From contig NC_068990.1 in assembly GCF_001194135.2 (NCBI RefSeq), positions 65,550,160 to 65,612,119 on the forward strand: a DNA stretch of 61,960 nt, written 5' to 3'. The DNA comes from Octopus bimaculoides (taxonomy: Eukaryota). The notes beneath the pieces were generated by a model. The model ran no database searches and was not told the DNA's origin. It was given only the letters and a program-made list of their open reading frames with translations. Shown piece by piece: positions 57,472 through 61,960 of this stretch (within the stretch, counting starts at the first letter, position 1; each line of letters begins with the position of its first letter). Position numbers and translations under genes: made by a program.

Positions 57472-57835
57472 GTAATGCTTATCGTCACTTAAACAAGGCT
57501 GTTCTGTAGGAACCAATATTACTGTCATTTTAATCCTAGCAGGACGCCTCTTCCAGCTGGTTATTCGATGCAATCTGCACTCGATATATATTGCAAGCAA
57601 TATATTGCCATCTTCAAGCCACGGGATCACCAGACCACACGCTTTCGACCTCTTTGTAGTTATCCTCGGTAGTCTCGTGACTGGAAGATGGTAGGATTTC
57701 ACTCCCCTACTTGCAATATATATCAAGCACAAATTGCATCGAATAACTAGTTGGAGGGGGCCTTCTCCTGGGGTTAAAATGGCAGTAATGTCAGTTCCTA
57801 CAGAATAACCATGTTTAAATGGCGATAAACATTAC
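57472..57835. mobile_element. MITE with long (~128-bp) diverged TIRs
   Basis: 57472-57599 pairs with 57708-57835 at roughly 80 percent identity by eye (e.g. ttattcgatgcaat / attgcatcgaataa); spacer about 108 bp; no clear TSD. Confidence 0.8.
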
Positions 57836-57952
57836 TTCTCAGTATAAGTACAGCTTTCATCTCTTATAGAGATTTTCTAAACTAGCTAATTTGCGTGTAA
57901 CAAATATTTTATTTTTCATATATAACAAATATTTTATTTTACAGCCTTCACA

Positions 57953-58868
57953 ATGAGTAGTGAAAAAATTGCAATTAGAGCCAGTTTATGTTATCTGCGG
58001 GAAAAAAGGACTGAGTACAAGAATAGCGGCAATAGAGATTAATAATGTGGAAGGCCCACGAACTGTCAACAAACGTGTGGCGCAAAGTTAATTCAAATGT
58101 TTCAAAGAAGATAACACCAGCCTCAAAGACAAACCAAGTTCAGAGAAACCTTCTCTTGTGGAAGATGATGCCTTACTTGAAATTGTTGAACAACAACCAT
58201 GCACAAAACCTCGTTCATTGTCAGCAGAACTTCATCCTTCACAAAGCACCAAAGTCTTGGCGTTGTCGAAAATAGACTCATGAACAAACCAATAACCAGG
58301 CCCAATGATATGTGAATATTTGCACTCAATAGCTAGCAAGTCCTCAAGATGTCCGTTTGTGGCTTCGTGTTGTAACTGGAGATGAAAAATGGAACTATTT
58401 TTGTAATCCTAATAAGAGAAATCAGTTGCTTTGTTCCGACCAGGCTTCAGAACCAGTTGTCAAATAACTGCAATTTGAAAAGAAGGTAATGTTGTGTGTT
58501 TGGTGGAATTTCGGGTGGTTGTTGTCCTAGATGCTTATGTTGTGAACGCTAGCCTTTATGCTCAACAACTGCAGTGAGTATACGATGCATTGAAAGCCCG
58601 CTACACGGCATTGTCCAATCGAAGACAGGCACTCCTACAGCATGGCAATGCCCTTGTACACACAGCTAATGTGACCAACTTGAGTGATTTCTTTGCTTCT
58701 AAAGCAGCCAAATGGTATAACCGAGAAATTGAGGTTCTGGCACTACGATGGCAACAGGTACTAGAATACGATGGGATATACTTTAATGAATAAAAGCATT
58801 TCGTATGTAATTTCTTTGAACTATTAATTAAAGCTTGAAATACGAAAAACATTTGACTCAACCTGATA
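57953..58868 (+). mobile_element. Mariner transposase pseudogene with right TIR
   Basis: Reads MSSEKIAIR..VVTGDEKW..KKVMLCVWWNF..LLQHGNALVHTA..LALRWQQVLEYDGIYFNE* (58793). TIR-like end ttgaaatacgaaaaacatttgactcaacctgata; left TIR not found. Confidence 0.85.
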
Positions 58869-59357
58869 TAATAATCCATTTACAACAATAAAACTAAAAG
58901 ACTTAACGAAAACTGTAAAAGGAAAAAAATAAAGGGAGAAAGAAATTAAAACAATAAGCAGTTAAATTTCTGTTGTTGAATCATTTTGTACCCTCGATGA
59001 ATTAGGACTTATTTATAGTTGGTCAATCCATGAAACTAAATTCGACCTCTATCTATGGTGGCCATTTTTAAAACATCTCTCTGAGATAGTAAAATTTGCA
59101 TTGGAACAAATAATGCCGTAAGTTTTCTGAATATTAATTTGAAATCGTTTTGAGGAAGTTTTGTGTTGTTTCTTTCATTTTAGTATATCTGAATCTAAAT
59201 TAGAACAACTCTGGTTACGTAGCTGTTTTATCACTGAATGTAAGCAAACAGCTATTTTATGTAAAGGGAAAATAAATATAAGTTGGATACAACTAGAGAT
59301 TTCCTTTCTGAATGCATTGCTTCTTAAAATACCAAGCAATATTCTCTTACTTTTATT

Positions 59358-59410
59358 CTTTTACTAGTTTCAGTATCTGGACAGTAGTCACGCTGGAATA
59401 CCGCTCTCAA
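59358..59410 (-). mobile_element. SINE family C 3' tail fragment
   Basis: cttttactagtttcagt..cacgctggaataccgc resembles the reverse complement of the 61845-61888 tail. Confidence 0.45.
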
Positions 59411-59688
59411 AAATGCTGTAGATTATATCGGACCGAGGGTGGTATTAATCTTATGAACCCTGGATGGAGTTTCATTTCATAAACAAGTTAGTTCCCCATT
59501 TCCTCAATTATTTCTATTTCCTACAGAAAGGAAAGTATCATACACATTCATACATACACACAAACGCACTTATATATGAATACGTACAGTCAAACACGCA
59601 CATTTTGTTTTTCTTTCACACACACGCACACACACACACGCACACACACACGCACACACACACACGCACACACACACANNNNNNNNNN

Positions 59689-59736
<48 letters not shown>

Positions 59737-60558
59737 ACAGGTGCATACACCAATCCCATACAGAAAATGCTTTTATTTCCAGTGCAACATAAAATTTTCT
59801 ACTGAGGTTAGCGTGTAACATCCTAAACTGTAAGCTTTCAAGTGAAGGACGAACCGTAAATGATGACGTCATTAATATCAGCGGTTGGTCGCCATCTTTC
59901 ATTATTACAACTTTTCTTTTCTGTATTACTAATCTAATCTATTCAAAGCACTTTTTTCTTCTTCTATATTCATTGATATTCTGTTTTTAGACAAGGAAAT
60001 TTTGACACGAGAACAGTCAGTTGTTCTTTTGTTAGAGTTATTTACCAGAAAATCGATTCCATCTTCCTTCTATATTCAATACTTTGATTTCATTTAAGTA
60101 ACTTTGTTTCTACACATTGCGAGCCACTGGTGAAATCATACAATAACACAAGACTACCAGTGAATCCGACTAGAAAAATATATATCAAATTACTCGGAAA
60201 AAATATAAAATATATAAATTGGAAAATTAAAACAAAAAAAATTGAGATTATTCCTTTTTATGGTCTTTAGTTGTCTTGTTTTATCTTCATTTATTTTATT
60301 TTTTGCTAAGTTTCAAGATTTGCATTTCAGTTGGAATTTCTTTGTTGCTTTGACGTTTTGCTATTTTTTATTCAAACATTCTTGGTCTGTAATATATTAA
60401 AATAATAACAGCAACCACAGCAAAAAAACAAAAACAAAAAAAAACTCTCCCCACAAAAAACTTTCAAAAATTTGTTTAAGCACATACCATACATAGAACG
60501 TTTACAACATATGTATGTATGTGTGTATTTATGTATGTATGTATGTACGTATGTACTA

Positions 60559-60646
<88 letters not shown>

Positions 60647-60650
60647 ACCC

Positions 60651-60730
<80 letters not shown>

Positions 60731-60739
60731 CTCTATCTC

Positions 60740-60770
<31 letters not shown>

Positions 60771-61530
60771 CTCTATCTCTCTATCTATCTATCTATCTAT
60801 CTGTAAATATATATATTATCATAAGTTTTATGTGCTTATGTCAATGGTGATGCGATAAGCATAGGCACACACACACACGTTATATATATTATATATGTAT
60901 ATGTACATTTATATATGTATAAATGCATATATACATAATATTATAATTATAACTTTTACGTGCTTGTGTCAATGCTAATGTATAATATACTCTCACACGC
61001 ACATGAGTAAACTGTATTATATACACGAAATCAGTCTTGTTAGAATAGTGTTTCTCTATTTGATTGAGTATTGATTTCTGACAGAGAACTTAATTACAGT
61101 AAATATTTCAATAATTAAAAGACAAACTGAACATTAAATTGGCTTTGTAACTGCACGTAACCTCCAAGTTAGAGCTTCAAATGCAACTGTTGAATACTTT
61201 CCGTCTTAGGTTATTTCATCTAAACAAGCACGAATACACCTTATATTTAAAAAAACTGGCCTTGTGTATAGTAGGAAAGAGATTCTCTAACGGCATAGAT
61301 TGAGATAAATACACATAAACACACACACACATACACTACATACATGCACATACACCACATACATGCACATACACCACATACAAACGAGCACATGATTAAA
61401 CACAGATTGATATTCACACACGTAGCATAATTCAATTTCTTCCGTTTGAACAGTGTGGAACAGGAGGAAACAACAAAAGTTTGTGGTGAATATATGAATA
61501 TAGGCCTACTTTCATTCGCTATTTTTATAT

Positions 61531-61888
61531 GCGTGGCTGTGTGGTAAGAAGCTTACTACCCAACTACATGGTTCCGGGTCCGGTTTCGCTGCAGGCTAAG
61601 TATCTTTTACTATGGCCTTGTGAGTGGAATTGGTAGGCGGAAACTAAAAGAAGCCCGTCGTACACACATACATATATATATATATGTATATGTGTGTTTG
61701 TGTTTTCCCCATCATCGCTTGCCAACCGATGTTGGTGTGTTTACGTCCCTGTAACTTAGCAGTTCGTCAAAAGAGACTGATAGAATAACTACTACAAAGA
61801 ATAAGTCCTGAGGTCGATTTCTTCGACTAAAAACCCTTTAAGGCGGTACTCCAGCATGGCCGCAGTCAAGTGACTGGAACAAGTAAAA
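61531..61888 (+). mobile_element. tRNA-derived SINE family C with internal (TA)n/(TG)n
   Basis: Head gcgtggctgtgtggtaagaagctt..ggttccgggtcc; tail aaggcggtactccagcatggccgcagtc..acaagtaaaa. Confidence 0.8.
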
Positions 61889-61960
61889 TAATATATCTAT
61901 ATCTATAAAATCTATAAAGTGTTTGATGTACATATATATATATATGTATATGTGTGTTTG

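Noticed and set aside
61670-61960. 31-bp direct repeat (61670-61700 and 61930-61960)
   Set aside because: It is low complexity and at the window edge, so a partial SINE duplication cannot be distinguished from chance or artefact.

Overview
This is AT-rich, microsatellite-saturated eukaryotic scaffold DNA with 14 N-gaps. I infer an octopus/cephalopod genome from the SINE families and repeat landscape, recognised from memory and not verified. I found no host protein-coding exon, rRNA, true tRNA gene or CRISPR array; most long ORFs in the track are microsatellite or N-gap artefacts. The window is a transposon graveyard. It holds about 12 fragments of R4/Dong-like non-LTR retrotransposons (restriction-like endonuclease, RLE) from at least 7 lineages, about 15 tRNA-derived SINE copies, and three pieces of an L1/Tx1-like LINE. 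It also holds RTE, Penelope-like and Gypsy remnants, three mariner pieces, one DD36E Tc1, three Buster-type hAT elements, two foldback/MITE elements and a decayed TTAGGG-like array. The most system-like signals are: (1) (AAT)n tracts acting as a shared, polarity-specific landing pad for many RLE LINE lineages, several of which share a CCTAG-stem-loop just before the tail; (2) a candidate non-autonomous partner of those LINEs at 47951-48575; (3) a 2 heads x 2 tails combinatorial set of SINEs; (4) a DD36E (Incomer-like) Tc1 in an apparent mollusc. All translations and alignments were done by eye, so boundaries of decayed elements are approximate.
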